Origin: Phoronis australis
Taxonomy: Eukaryota; Animalia; Phoronida
Assembly: GCA_002633005.1 (NCBI GenBank)
Contig: NMRA01000990.1
Coordinates: 13,086-76,721, forward strand
DNA: 63,636 nucleotides
Direction of reading: 5' to 3'
Made by a program: the position numbers and the translations under genes. The notes under the pieces are model-generated. The model was given only the letters and a program-made list of their open reading frames with translations, was not told where the DNA came from and made no database searches. Of the stretch, positions 41,681-53,229 are shown piece after piece; within the stretch, counting starts at the first letter, position 1; every line of letters begins with the position of its first letter.

Positions 41681-44600
41681 ATGACAAGAGAAATGAAAAT
41701 AGGATCATGGAACATAGGGGGGCTAGAAAGTAAGCTACGACAAAACAAAGGAGAAATTAAAAAAATAATTAGAAACTACGACCTCATAGGATTCATTGAA
41801 TCACACGCAAGAGCAGAGCATGAATTTGGCGATCTCTTAGAAAATTATTCCACGTTCACATCAGTACGAAACATACATAACGGCAAAGTATCTGGTGGAG
41901 TGACAGTAATGGTAAAGAACAATTTAGGAACCAAAATAACTCGCATCTGTGAGAATTTGGAAGACAGAGTATATTTGCATCTGAAAGATTTATTTGCTGG
42001 CTCAGACAAGCCAGATGTAATAATAGGTTTTATTTATCTCCCTCCCGAAGGGTCAGCATACTACAGCCACGACATTTCTGACTGCGGTGTTGATCGTCTC
42101 GAGGATGACTTTACCTGCTTAAAGAGTAATGGGAAATTTAACCACTCACGGGTTATTTTGACAGGTGACTTTAACTCAAGGACAGCTACACTCAGAGACT
42201 ACATCCCAGATGACGATATCACGCATATCAATGTCCTTGCCAATAGCGATTGTTGTTATGTTCAAAATAATTTTGAAAAACCAAGAAACAACCAAGATGC
42301 GAAATCTAATTACTTTGGCAAAGAACTTGCCAAATTTTGTGCAGTATATGGTACGCACATAGTTAACGGTAGATACCCCTCAGACAGAGAAGGAAACTAT
42401 TCGTTCGTCTCCACTCGAGGATGCAGCACTATTGACTATGTTATTGCCGAGGCATCTCTGTTCGAATATATTAATGACTTTGAAGTATTAAACTACGACC
42501 AGTCAGACCATTTCCCTATCATGTGTACTCTACGTTATCTAGAACATACGGAAGCTGATACAGACGGATCGAACACTAGTGTCAGAACAACCCCATTGCA
42601 CCGACTGAAGTGGCAGCCACACAAATCTTCAAGTTTTAAGGATAGACTGGGCAGCGTTGACACCACCGAGAAATTATCCCAAATATCTTCAGCCATCGAT
42701 ATGGATATTAACAAAGCAGTTAATTTAATAAATGAATTATTCCACGCTTGCGGCGCTGACATGAAAATAAGCAATAAACCCGCAGTGAACAGGCAGCAGC
42801 CAAGGTGGTTCGACAACGTTTGCGAGCAAAAGAAAATAGAAAAACATAATTTATTGAAACTTTTCAGATCCACAAAGTGTGTGGATACACTACGTAATTA
42901 TATTGATACGAAAAGTCAATTTAAGGAAACCTGTCGTGAAAAAAAGAAGAATTATAACGAACAAATGGAAAAGAAATTATGTGATTCAGTGAGAGATCCA
43001 AGAATATTCTGGGCAAACGTGAAGTCAATCATAAATCCGAACAATATTCAACAAGCGGATATTTCGTCGAAGGAATGGTATAACTATTTTGAAAAACTCT
43101 TGAACACTGAGCCTGTACGGGAAAACAGAGAATTCCTTAATAATTTGCTGGACGAAATGCGAGAGCACGACGAAAGCTGCAATGACTGTGCCAACACACC
43201 TGGTGATGAAATCCTGGTACAACTTAATAAAGAAATTGACATGTCCGAAATCAATCAGGAAATAAATAAACTTAAAAGCAACAAAACCCCTGGAGAAGAC
43301 GGTATTCCAAATGAACTCTTCAAAGCACTGACTGGTGACATCCTTGAAGTGTTATGCAAACTATTCAACAAGGTACTGGCGACAGGAAAATTCCCGGAGA
43401 ACTGGAGAAAGAGTATAATCGTTCCAATTTACAAGAAAGGAGACAAAAATAACCCAAATAATTACAGGGGAATTTCTTTAATTGATAGCATAAGCAAGCT
43501 ATTTACATCAATATTAAACAGAAGGCTGATTGAGTGGTCGGATGCAATGCAATGTATCCCTGAGGAACAAGCCGGATTTAGGGCGGGTTATTCGACCGTG
43601 GATAACATTTTTGTTCTACAAGCTTTGGCCCACATAAATTTATCAAAAAGAGGTGGAAAAATGTACTGTGCCTTTGTGGACTTTAGCAAGGCGTTTGACA
43701 GCCTAGAAACTACACGTCTGTTTTATTGTTTGTTAAAAAATAATCTCCACGGGAAAGTGTTCAATCTCCTGAGGAATATTTATGCTGAAGTGAAATCGTG
43801 CGTGAGAATACAGAGTCAAATCACACCCTATTTTGATTGTACGAGAGGTGTGAAACAAGGGTGTATACTGAGTCCTTGGTTATTCTCTGTTTTTGTTAGC
43901 GGACTGGTGTCAGAGGTCAAAGAAAATGGAGGACGAGGTATCAAGTGTGATGATTGTGAATTAAGTTCGTTATTGTTTGCGGACGATTTGGTGCTTGTGG
44001 CGGACACAGTGCCTGGTCTCCAGAGGAAATTAAATGTATTGCACAACTACTGTGTGGATTGGAGTCTTTGTGTTAATCTTGATAAGACAAATATTGTTGT
44101 CTTCAAGCGAGGTGGGACTCTGTCGGCACAGGAACGGTGGTTCTACAATAAGAAATCGGTAGAAACGAAATCTTATTACAAGTACCTTGGTGTGACATTT
44201 TCTTGCAGATTAAAATGGAATGAAAATTGTAGAATATCAGCTTTACAAGCTAGAAAAGCAATGAACATGTTAAAAGCATGTTTAACCAAAGTGAATTGTA
44301 AATCCCCGCATGTATGTTTTAAATTGTTTGATAGTATGGTAGCTCCTATATTGTTATATGGTGCTGAGATATGGGGTACAGTATATTCGAAAGACATAGA
44401 AAGTGTTCACAATGATTTCTGTAAATGGGTTGCTGGTGTCCCAAAGAAAACAAGTAACGTTATGGCCAGAGGAGAATGCGGCAGGCATTTATTATCTGTG
44501 AAATACTTGTGCAGACCAATAATCTACTGGACCAAAATTCTACAGATGAATAACCCCAGATACCCAAAGAAAAGTTACAGGATGCTGCGGGAAGACTGTG

Positions 44601-45166
44601 AAAAAGGACGAGCAAATTGGGCCAGTGCAGTTAAAGATATTTTGTTCAGATACGGGTTTGGGGAGGTATGGATAAGTGGACCGGGTAACTTTGATTTATT
44701 TATATCAGAATTTAAGCAAAGATTGTTGGATTGTGCTGCCCAAGAATGGAGGACATCAGTGCAGAGCTCTAGCAAGTGCTCATTTTACTCTATTATCAAA
44801 ACAGATTTATCTTGTGAAGAATATCTTTACAGTTTACCACCAACTCTACGTAGAATTTTAGCCAAATTCAGGTGCTCTGGACACCAACTGAAAATAGAAA
44901 CTGGTAGGCACCATGACATTCCAAAGGAAGATAGACTTTGCGAAATTTGCAACCGTTCAGAAATTGAAGACGAAATACACTTATTACTTAACTGCCCCGT
45001 ATTTAACGACATTAGAAAAAAATTTTTACCAGAAATATCCCGACAGCATACAGACATCGAAAACGTCAAATACTTATTCAAAACAAACTCTGGAAATCTT
45101 TTGAAAAGACTATCCTTATTTATATTAAAGGCTTATGGTATTAGACAGGAAACTCTAACATTGTAA
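41681..45166 (+). CDS. LINE ORF2: APE endonuclease + reverse transcriptase + C-terminal CCHC-like zinc motif (1161 aa)
   Basis: APE motifs SWNIGGL, TGDFN, TIDY, SDHFP. RT motifs PGEDGIP, YRGISL, QAGFR, DFSKAFD, GVKQGCILSP, FADD, YKYLG. C-terminal CEIC...EDEIHLLLNC. Confidence 0.97.
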   Translation: MTREMKIGSWNIGGLESKLRQNKGEIKKIIRNYDLIGFIESHARAEHEFGDLLENYSTFTSVRNIHNGKVSGGVTVMVKNNLGTKITRICENLEDRVYLHLKDLFAGSDKPDVIIGFIYLPPEGSAYYSHDISDCGVDRLEDDFTCLKSNGKFNHSRVILTGDFNSRTATLRDYIPDDDITHINVLANSDCCYVQNNFEKPRNNQDAKSNYFGKELAKFCAVYGTHIVNGRYPSDREGNYSFVSTRGCSTIDYVIAEASLFEYINDFEVLNYDQSDHFPIMCTLRYLEHTEADTDGSNTSVRTTPLHRLKWQPHKSSSFKDRLGSVDTTEKLSQISSAIDMDINKAVNLINELFHACGADMKISNKPAVNRQQPRWFDNVCEQKKIEKHNLLKLFRSTKCVDTLRNYIDTKSQFKETCREKKKNYNEQMEKKLCDSVRDPRIFWANVKSIINPNNIQQADISSKEWYNYFEKLLNTEPVRENREFLNNLLDEMREHDESCNDCANTPGDEILVQLNKEIDMSEINQEINKLKSNKTPGEDGIPNELFKALTGDILEVLCKLFNKVLATGKFPENWRKSIIVPIYKKGDKNNPNNYRGISLIDSISKLFTSILNRRLIEWSDAMQCIPEEQAGFRAGYSTVDNIFVLQALAHINLSKRGGKMYCAFVDFSKAFDSLETTRLFYCLLKNNLHGKVFNLLRNIYAEVKSCVRIQSQITPYFDCTRGVKQGCILSPWLFSVFVSGLVSEVKENGGRGIKCDDCELSSLLFADDLVLVADTVPGLQRKLNVLHNYCVDWSLCVNLDKTNIVVFKRGGTLSAQERWFYNKKSVETKSYYKYLGVTFSCRLKWNENCRISALQARKAMNMLKACLTKVNCKSPHVCFKLFDSMVAPILLYGAEIWGTVYSKDIESVHNDFCKWVAGVPKKTSNVMARGECGRHLLSVKYLCRPIIYWTKILQMNNPRYPKKSYRMLREDCEKGRANWASAVKDILFRYGFGEVWISGPGNFDLFISEFKQRLLDCAAQEWRTSVQSSSKCSFYSIIKTDLSCEEYLYSLPPTLRRILAKFRCSGHQLKIETGRHHDIPKEDRLCEICNRSEIEDEIHLLLNCPVFNDIRKKFLPEISRQHTDIENVKYLFKTNSGNLLKRLSLFILKAYGIRQETLTL

Positions 45167-45290
45167 CGTGTAAATATGTATATATGTATTGAATACCCGG
45201 ACATGAAATAGCCACCTATACCAAATGTTGTAATGTAATATGTACAAATGAGCTTAGCTCCAAGTGCAATAAACAACCTCTCTCTCTCTC

Positions 45291-45325
<35 letters not shown>

Positions 45326-45635
45326 AATGTTCTTTGAAATGAGACACTTCTTCCAACATTTAAAGAGGCAACGCAGACGCAGGTGTAAAACAACTGACAC
45401 TGAGTGTCACTATTCGACCACACCAGGTCAAGACCTACACCCAGAACAATTATAACTCTTGAGAATAGAAGAGGCACACGTTGAAACTTGGTTAAAATTT
45501 TGACCCTGAATAAATACAGACGGAAACATGCCGGAATCCAAGAAACACGAGATCAAAAAAAATGCTCATTATGCGTGTTTTCTGAAAAATTATATGTACT
45601 TTTTAATTCTTTACCTCTATTTTGTTAATTTTCAG

Positions 45636-45734
45636 AAAGGCGAAACAGTTTATGATGTTTGTGGAAGATATTGTAGCGTGTTTTTTGACAAGACCGCCGC
45701 CGAAAATATTAAAACCTTAAAGGGGTTCCTTGAG
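45636..45734 (+). CDS. Ankyrin/protease gene, C-cap ankyrin-like exon
   Basis: tttcag acceptor and gtacag donor, 99 nt, phase 0/0; KGETVYDVCGRYCSVFFDKTAAENIKTLKGFLE. Confidence 0.75.
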
Positions 45735-46004
45735 GTACAGTATAACTTGTCATTTTTGTCTTGAGAATTAGGTGTGTGTTGTTAACCATTGAATACTGTT
45801 TAAATAATCATTATTTACCTGATGAAAACGATAGTGGTCAAGTGACCATGTTTGTTAATAATTTTTTAATAATACCATGTTTTTTATTTACATTTTATCC
45901 ATTGCTAACTCAGGAATTACATAGATGTTCAAAGCAGAGAGTAGCATCATCAGTTATAAAATAAATTAGTTAATGCGGTTGTGTCGTTTTTGACTTGGGT
46001 ATAG

Positions 46005-46233
46005 ATTCAAATGAAGCAAAGACAGGAAAACCAACGTGCGAGTTCTGCTGAGGGTGCTGAAGCCAAAGACAGGTCCAGTGCTGACCCGCACTTTAGCCTT
46101 GGAAGATCTCTTGCTCATTACTTCGAGTCCTCCGGGGCAACAGTGCCCAAAGGGGATGTAGATATAAATATACAAGCACACCAAGGAGACAAAAATGAAC
46201 TAGAAATTCTCGATGTTGACGTCAGACCATCAG
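46005..46233 (+). CDS. Ankyrin/protease gene, linker exon
   Basis: atag|ATT acceptor and CAG|gtatgt donor; open in phase 0 (IQMKQRQENQRASS...DVDVRPS), ends in phase 1. Confidence 0.7.
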
Positions 46234-47596
46234 GTATGTGAAGTATAATTGTAAATACTGGCTTTAAACTCTTGACCTGCAATCGTAGAACATAACTTTA
46301 TGGTGATAACATACCGCTTTTAATTCGTAACTACGTTTTTTGCGAAAACATTTTCCTTTAGTAGCAGAACAATGATTAACTGAGAGAAAATTTCAATCAT
46401 CTTCAAATTTGTCTTTTTATTGGCCACATGGGAATGTAAGATTATTTATGAATTGTTATCGATGTGATTCATACACATAGTTTCGCCGGTGCTATTCACC
46501 TATTGCTCTAAATGAGATGTTGATTCCATACATTCAGTTAGTGGGTATTGAATAAGTTGATAAATCTGTGCTACGACTTACATCTAGCGGGTTATTGTGT
46601 CACTGGTAAACACTGCTACATGAATCAATTTTGCTTGTTCAGCGGCTGCATTCGATTATGGTATTGCACACTGTTCTAGGGCTAAACATTCAGCTGTATA
46701 AAACTGAGTGTCTGTCGAGTTCAGATACATGGTGTTGTAGTGACTGTAGCTTCATTGTATATATCACAACAGTGGCGGATCTGGGATATCAACATGTTGT
46801 CTGGGGCAACTGCGCAAAGCACGATTGCACGCGCGCAACCAGGGGTGCGTGGGGTCAAACTTTCGGGTAAGCGGAGGTTCTGCTAAGAATCAATTTGGAG
46901 GACTATAAAACGGGGAACCCTCAACACATCGGAATGTTGTTTCAGACCCAGGTTAATTACCACGTTATTTAATGAACTCAATATTTCGTCACGCTCTTGC
47001 TGTTTTATTTTTTCTGCGTCAGCCAAGGGGGCGGGCCCCCTGCCCCTTTCCCCCTCTAAATCCGCCTATGCAGAATGCCCATTGGTCAAACAATGTTTGT
47101 GAGATGCACGTAACGTGCTGTGACTCGGTGCTTACCAATGCCTTCACGTAGTTCAGGTTTGATAAATAAATCCACCAACGACATGCCAAATACATGTAAA
47201 GCTCGTTTTGTCTAATGCATTATATTATTTCTCACTCTGTTCTCAATCACCTAATCACTTACAACAGGTTAGATAAATGGAGCTCAATGTAATCTGTAAG
47301 AACTACCGCCACGTCTATTTATTTGCATCTTACACATTCCCAGTCAATCTCAATACACCCGGAGTTTCCCAGCATTGCAAAAGAACCGCATTTGTTTTTA
47401 AATCTAGGCCACAGTGGTTTCAAAATCGTGGCTGCTCCACTGTAAAATTGTCGTCGGCGTACAAAAAACAGGCTAAATTACGCTACTCAAAGTTTAGTTC
47501 CCTGCCACTAAAACAGGATCCAACTTGCTCACCACGTATTTTTTACAGTTTATTCGTCAAGATTTTGGATGTCTGTTTATGGCAAAGCGTTTTTAA

Positions 47597-47939
47597 ATTG
47601 GTTTCAATTACATCATCTCCTCGCCACTTCCTGACTCGCTTTTGTCTCACATGGTAAAGCAAGCCCACTTGGGATACTGGAAAAGGGTATTTGACAATTC
47701 TTTTCTTTCAGACTACTTTCCTATACAAAGTCCCAGAAAAGAGCCAACCCAGTGTAGTTTCGGTCCGGCGTTTGATTGGAACAAAGAGACGATGTCGGCG
47801 CATTTCCCCACATCTTTGTCAACAGCCTTTTCATCAGTAGCTCTGATTGTTGGACAAACCGGCACAGGTTCAGGTTTCCGTGTTGGCCCTGACTACGTCA
47901 TGACCAATAAGCACGTTGCTGAACAACTGGGCGATGATC
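47597..47939 (+). CDS. FAM111-like trypsin-fold serine protease, catalytic-His segment (5' exon boundary unresolved)
   Basis: SSVALIVGQTGTGSGFRVGPDYVMTNKHV matches the Trypsin_2/FAM111 GxGFxVGxxYxxTxxHV motif; donor C|gtaagt at 47940. An in-frame TAA lies at 47594. Confidence 0.7.
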
Positions 47940-49499
47940 GTAAGTGTCACGTGTACCATTATTGATGTACTGTTGGCTGAATAACGCTTTGTCAAACCTA
48001 CTACTATTTTAAGTCTAGGAACCTAGTTTAAGTTAAACACGTGCTTGATATAGTACGAAAATGCCGGGAATTTCGTAAGAGCAGAAGCAAACTTTACGAA
48101 CTCACTACCTTCAATACATTACCTGCTTGACGTGACTAAAACGCGGATAAATTCCCAAAAGAAAGTTTAAATGCTTTCCCTGAACATGCTGTTACTGTTT
48201 CTGAAAAACTTTGCATGTTCTTCAAATTATCAATAAATGTTTTATTGTTTTTGATATGAAACAAGAACACCCTACTCAGTCATTTTATTTTCAAGACAAA
48301 AAGTGAAATTGTCTGTTCCTTAACGTCGCAACAAACTTGCTATTTCTGTAACAAACAACTTTTTGTCTTCACCTTTAACATTTACGAAATTGATCCCATC
48401 TAAGGCTGGTCTAGAATAACTGACACTTCGTGATTGCCTCAAATCAGGGATATTACTTGTCATGGCGGGTTATTTTCAGATGTATGGCCGTGATACAGAC
48501 AGTCTTATTTCATCTAATAACAATAACATGATGTTCCGTCAGGACAGTAACTCGGTATTAAACAGGTACCTTCAAAACGGCTATACAACCCGAAAAAACT
48601 CGAACTCTGGCATTTAAACCAGGGACCCCGGGAATGGACAGGAAACCTGTACCAAAACACTAATCCCGCACTTTCTGTTAAACATTGTTTGGTGAAAAAT
48701 AAATCTTCCAGGTTTAAATAGTCGCTGTGGTATGTTGTTTTGCTTAATATATGTGAAGTTAAGACAAATATGGCGGATTGGCATTCTATGTTTTTTCTGT
48801 TGATGAGGCTGTGGTGCGATCTTTTGCGTCGGCTTTCGTCACCATGAAATATTGCGTCACTATTGGCCAGTTTCTTTCCCCCCGCCCCCCAATTCTTCAA
48901 TCAATTGTTCTTCTTCCACAAGATTGCTTACATATCGCAGCTAATTAATCAACAATGACACTCGAAAGTCGAAATAATATTTTTGTTTTTCAGTTTGAGA
49001 ATATTTTTGTAGAAACTAATGAATAATCTGAAATTAACTAAATATTCAACGAGATAACAACGTGTAGTGAGTAAAGATTATGTTAAAATTGGCCCATAGG
49101 CAAGTTGCACTAGTTTTATCAATAAAATCAAATAAAGTCAAAATAAGATAAGTTACGTTTTACCATTGACAATTTTAACAAACGAATGCAGGGAATAATT
49201 AAAAATACGCAGGACTGTTAAGAATGTCAGTTCTGGCAGCAGGGCATGGTTTACGTCGGAAGTTCACTGACACAGATTTGAGGGTTAATAGCACTACATT
49301 CCAAATTTGGTAGTGTCTTAAAACGCTATCAGTGCGTGACTGAATTGGCAGGTGAGCTTACACTCCGGCAGATAGAAGAGTACATGTATAAGAAGTTGTT
49401 GTACCAGCTGTACGGACCAATCCCGTTGGCAATGCACGGTTACATACATAGAGAGAGAAAGACATTACTCTCACGAGATACAGTACAAACGAGACTGTT

Positions 49500-49790
49500 C
49501 ATAGAATAGGAAAGTTGACTGCGCCATCTTGCCATTCACCGAAATGGTTTACGGTCAGCGGCGAATAAGCAACACTAATTTAGCGGCGGAGTCCCAACCA
49601 TGTAAACACAGAAAAAATAATATTTTAATGAAGTTCGACGTTCAATGAAATTACTATGTGATTGAAAATGAGTAAAGAAAGCCTTAGGTGTTATTCCTAT
49701 TTTAACTATTTTAGACCAAACAGTGTCACACAAAAATGCACAAATTGTTTTTTTCAAGAGCAAGCCAATTTGAAAATCCCTATTACCAGG
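49500..49790 (+). mobile_element. P-like element end (CATAG terminus), repeated at ~50658-50947
   Basis: CATAGAATAGGAAAGTTGACTGCGCCATCTTGCCATTC... is clearly homologous to the subterminal region of the 53935 element. Confidence 0.55.
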
Positions 49791-50256
49791 AAGAGATAAC
49801 CAGGAAGGGACAACTGCTTTAGCGCATTTTAACGTATTTTCAAAGGTGATTTCAAAAGTAAATGTTAAAGTAGTCTGGAATCCAAGCATTGTGTTTGAAA
49901 GCTTAACTCTTTAGCGATAAAATGACACCACTATTGTCCCCAAAGACTTCATATTAATGGCACAGGGATGCTTTAAACATGATTTGTTTTACCCTTCCAA
50001 AAGATGCCTCTTCCCAGGCATGTACTCGGGCATGATCCTCTTTTTTGAACCAACAGATGTCACCAATATATGCAAATGAGGCTCGCATCGTCTACGTCAT
50101 ACGACGTCATACGGCGCGAGCTTCCAATTTGAACCCTCGAGTTAATGACTTGAAACGCAGTTCTATCTGATTGGGCAGATCTAAGAAAATTAAGAACTCA
50201 TACAAGTCAATATTCAAAGGACATTGAATGGTTTCACATGAAAATACATTTAATTG

Positions 50257-50433
50257 TACAGCACACATCACGAATTTTTGGCCGACCGGTCGGAAATTGG
50301 TCGACGACCGGCCGTCGACCGGTCGTCTAGCCGACCAGCAGCCGACCAACAACGGTCGGCTAGGAGCCGTCTGCTTAGTCGCCTCTGTGGTCGGCACTTG
50401 GGTCAGCTAATTGGTCGCCTAGCGTAGACGACC
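50257..50433 (+). mobile_element. GGTCG/CGACC-rich palindromic MITE end, copy 2
   Basis: Inverted match to 864-1040; TA-CAG terminus (Tc1/mariner-like). Confidence 0.75.
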
Positions 50434-51218
50434 AAATCGGATTAAGCGTGTCCTTGGTCGGCAATTACCATTTTGCGTCTTAGCAGGTGAGCTTTGGACA
50501 AACAAACATTTAACTGTTCGCTGTTCGTTTACCAGTGGCAACTCCGGTCTTGACATCGGTTTATCAAANGCTGTACGGACCAATCCCGTTGGCAATGCAC
50601 GGTTACATACATAGAGAGAGAAAGACATTACTCTCACGAGATACAAACGAGACTGTTCATAGAATAGGAAAGTTGACTGCGCCATCTTGCCATTCACCGA
50701 AATGGTTTACGGTCAGCGGCGAATAAGCAACACTAATTTAGCGGCGGAGTCCCAACCATGTAAACACAGAAAAAATCATATTTTAATGAAGTTCGACGTT
50801 CAATGAAATTACTATGTGATTGAAAATGAGTAAAGAAAGCCTTAGGTGTTATTCCTATTTTAACTATTTTAGACCAAACAGTGTCACACAAAAATGCACA
50901 AATTGTTTTTTTTTCAAGAGCAAGCCAATTTGAAAATCCCTATTACCCAGTTGTATTTCATTAGATGGCGATGAGAATATGAAATGTCCTTAATTTTGTT
51001 GATGGAACAATAGGAGACGAGAACTTTCTTCAAAATTGTACAATTTGTATTTTGTCACATCTAACGTGTACACTTGAGTTTGCTAAATGTTCAGTGGCGG
51101 ATCTAGGATATCATCAGGTGGGCCCAAGAATTTTTCTGGCGCAATTGAGCGAAGGACGATCAGATGCGCGTACGCAGCCTCAAGGATAAGGGTGCTCGAG
51201 CGTCTAGAAAACTAAAAA

Positions 51219-51461
51219 NNNNNNNNNNNNNNNNNNNNNNNNNNNNNNNNNNNNNNNNNNNNNNNNNNNNNNNNNNNNNNNNNNNNNNNNNNNNNNNNNN
51301 NNNNNNNNNNNNNNNNNNNNNNNNNNNNNNNNNNNNNNNNNNNNNNNNNNNNNNNNNNNNNNNNNNNNNNNNNNNNNNNNNNNNNNNNNNNNNNNNNNNN
51401 NNNNNNNNNNNNNNNNNNNNNNNNNNNNNNNNNNNNNNNNNNNNNNNNNNNNNNNNNNNNN
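51219..51461. other. Assembly gap (243 N)
   Basis: Run of N. Confidence 1.
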
Positions 51462-51547
51462 NCAGATTTAGAAGCAGGTGTTAGTCATGAAATTAGCTGC
51501 TCCCGCCACGGTGGCCGGTGTCGTGGCGTCGCCGGGAAGTCTGATCC

Positions 51548-51704
51548 ATGCATGCGCAATTCGACGAACTAATGCTAGTCGCTGGTCAGCTCTGCTAGGA
51601 TTCATGCGCAATTCAACGAACTAATGCTAGTCGCTGGTCAGCTCTGCTATGATTCATGCGCAATTCGGCGAACTAATGCTAGTCGCTGGTCAGCTCCGCT
51701 ATGA
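51548..51704. repeat. 52-bp tandem repeat, three copies
   Basis: CATGCGCAATTC..CGAACTAATGCTAGTCGCTGGTCAGCTC.GCTA at 51551, 51603 and 51655. Confidence 0.93.
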
Positions 51705-53049
51705 TACATTTGAGACGTGCGGCTTAACTCGAATCTATACCCGTGTTCTGGCTCCAAGGTCGTTTTTTGACCCAGTACCGGGAAAAGTTCATTTTAATAC
51801 GGTCATTTCCTGAAGATTTTTTGGAAAGTTATGATCCCGAAATCCTTGGCCTATGGAGCTGTATCAAAATTCCTTGTTGAAACACGGCCACTGGTCCAGC
51901 TTCTGCAGGGCGGCTGGGAAAATGAACGCGTGTCCCAAAAATGCACACACTTCAACCCCTCAGTGCAGTTCAAGTTCTTTTCCTGTCAATCACTGTGCGC
52001 GGATTCTACTGCATGACTACACCTTATTTTTAACGTGGGTGCGCCACTGAATCACAACGTGTCCAGTCTTTGCAGTGTGCACGGGAATGGCACGCAAACG
52101 ATTCGGTCTAGAAGAACCTAAATTCATCGCACAATACTGGGTACTACAAGCATCAAGGAAGTGCAAAGACAATCTTTCCAAATTTATGAGCAATGACTTG
52201 AACTTCTTTTTTGATCTACGGTTTGTAAATTTTTTAATTTCATTAGTCCTGTTTTTAATTCAACAAAGCATTTAGAGCTGCCCCACATTCAAGAAATACC
52301 CCTGTTATCGTTTAGGGTCCTTCTTTGCGATATGGTGGTCTGATGATGGATCGAATTTTTGCCTTCAGGCTTCAACTAAGTTCAGTGACGCATCGCCATT
52401 TCTTACAAGACAGCTTCTGTGCTGTGCACGAATGTTTTATGTTTTTGATGAATTTGGAATCTCAACTTCCCGTCATGAGTAGTTGGAAGTGTCATGCCGG
52501 AGGTTTACAGAAGGCGCAGTACTGAAAAAAGTGAGGGCTAATGCACCCTCAGCCCCCCTGTAGTGCACCGCCTATGGACCACTGGAAAACTCGGACTGCA
52601 TTAATACGCTCCGAAAAACTTTTGCTTTACAAATTTTCTCGAATTTTCGAAATACATGTATGAATGATTAAGTGCACACTTTCAAGGGCACTTAGACGAC
52701 CTATGCTGCAAAAACGGAGACCCTATCAACAATTGTCCTGGCCAGGGCCCTCAAATGGTAAGCCATACACTGATACCGAGTTGTAATGTTCTCTTGAATT
52801 TTCGCTCTGATCAGTATTCGAAGTCTTTCTTTTTTGTCTTTCCCCAGCCCCACACCTTTGTCGGTTGCCATGGTTTAACCCTGAGGCATGCATTTTTTTG
52901 GGGTGGCACTCGCCCTCCCCCCGCTTACTAAGGTCCTGATGCAAGGAGTCCATCGTTGAACCAAGGTCAATGTTGTGTTCCAACACGCATTCGTTGTATA
53001 GCTTGAGCATTAAATTAAAGGTTTAAGAAATACAGTTTTGCGCGTTTAA

Positions 53050-53218
53050 AGGCGAAGGCAACCTTTTTTCATGTCATTTTTAGCAAAAATGAGGTTCGTT
53101 GATTATCCCAGACATATTTTTCACTTAGTTACTGCTTTTCGTAATTTAATTGATTACTCGTTGTCTAGTCCGGAAGTGACGTTTTGGGAAGCAAGAATTT
53201 CGCGCCAATTTCTTTTCA
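53050..53218 (+). mobile_element. TTAA|AGG-terminated (Kolobok-like) element end
   Basis: TTAA at 53046-53049 then AGGCGAAGGCAACC; homologous to 5120-5310; interrupted by a P-like end at 53230. Confidence 0.5.
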
Positions 53219-53229
53219 TATAGTCTGAC

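Larger units (their letters stand above)
41404..45320 (+). mobile_element. 5'-truncated non-LTR retrotransposon (LINE, tentatively RTE-X-like) in an ankyrin-gene intron
   Basis: Perfect TSD TGTATAATGT at 41394-41403 and 45321-45330. Contains an ORF1 C-terminal remnant, intact ORF2, AATAAA at 45268 and a (CT)n tail at 45278-45320. Confidence 0.93.

Noticed and set aside
42165-45477. Short overlapping and antisense ORFs within the LINE
   Set aside because: Shadow frames of ORF2 and the (CT)n tail.
46770-47070. hAT-type MITE (CAGTGGCGGATC ... AATCCGCCTATG), with similar ends at 24261, 25270/27064 and 51092
   Set aside because: Termini look hAT-like, but no matching 8-bp TSD could be found, so boundaries are unsupported.
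47277-47657. 126-aa ORF as the missing protease N-terminus
   Set aside because: Different frame from the His motif, not phase-compatible with nearby acceptors, and no recognisable domain.
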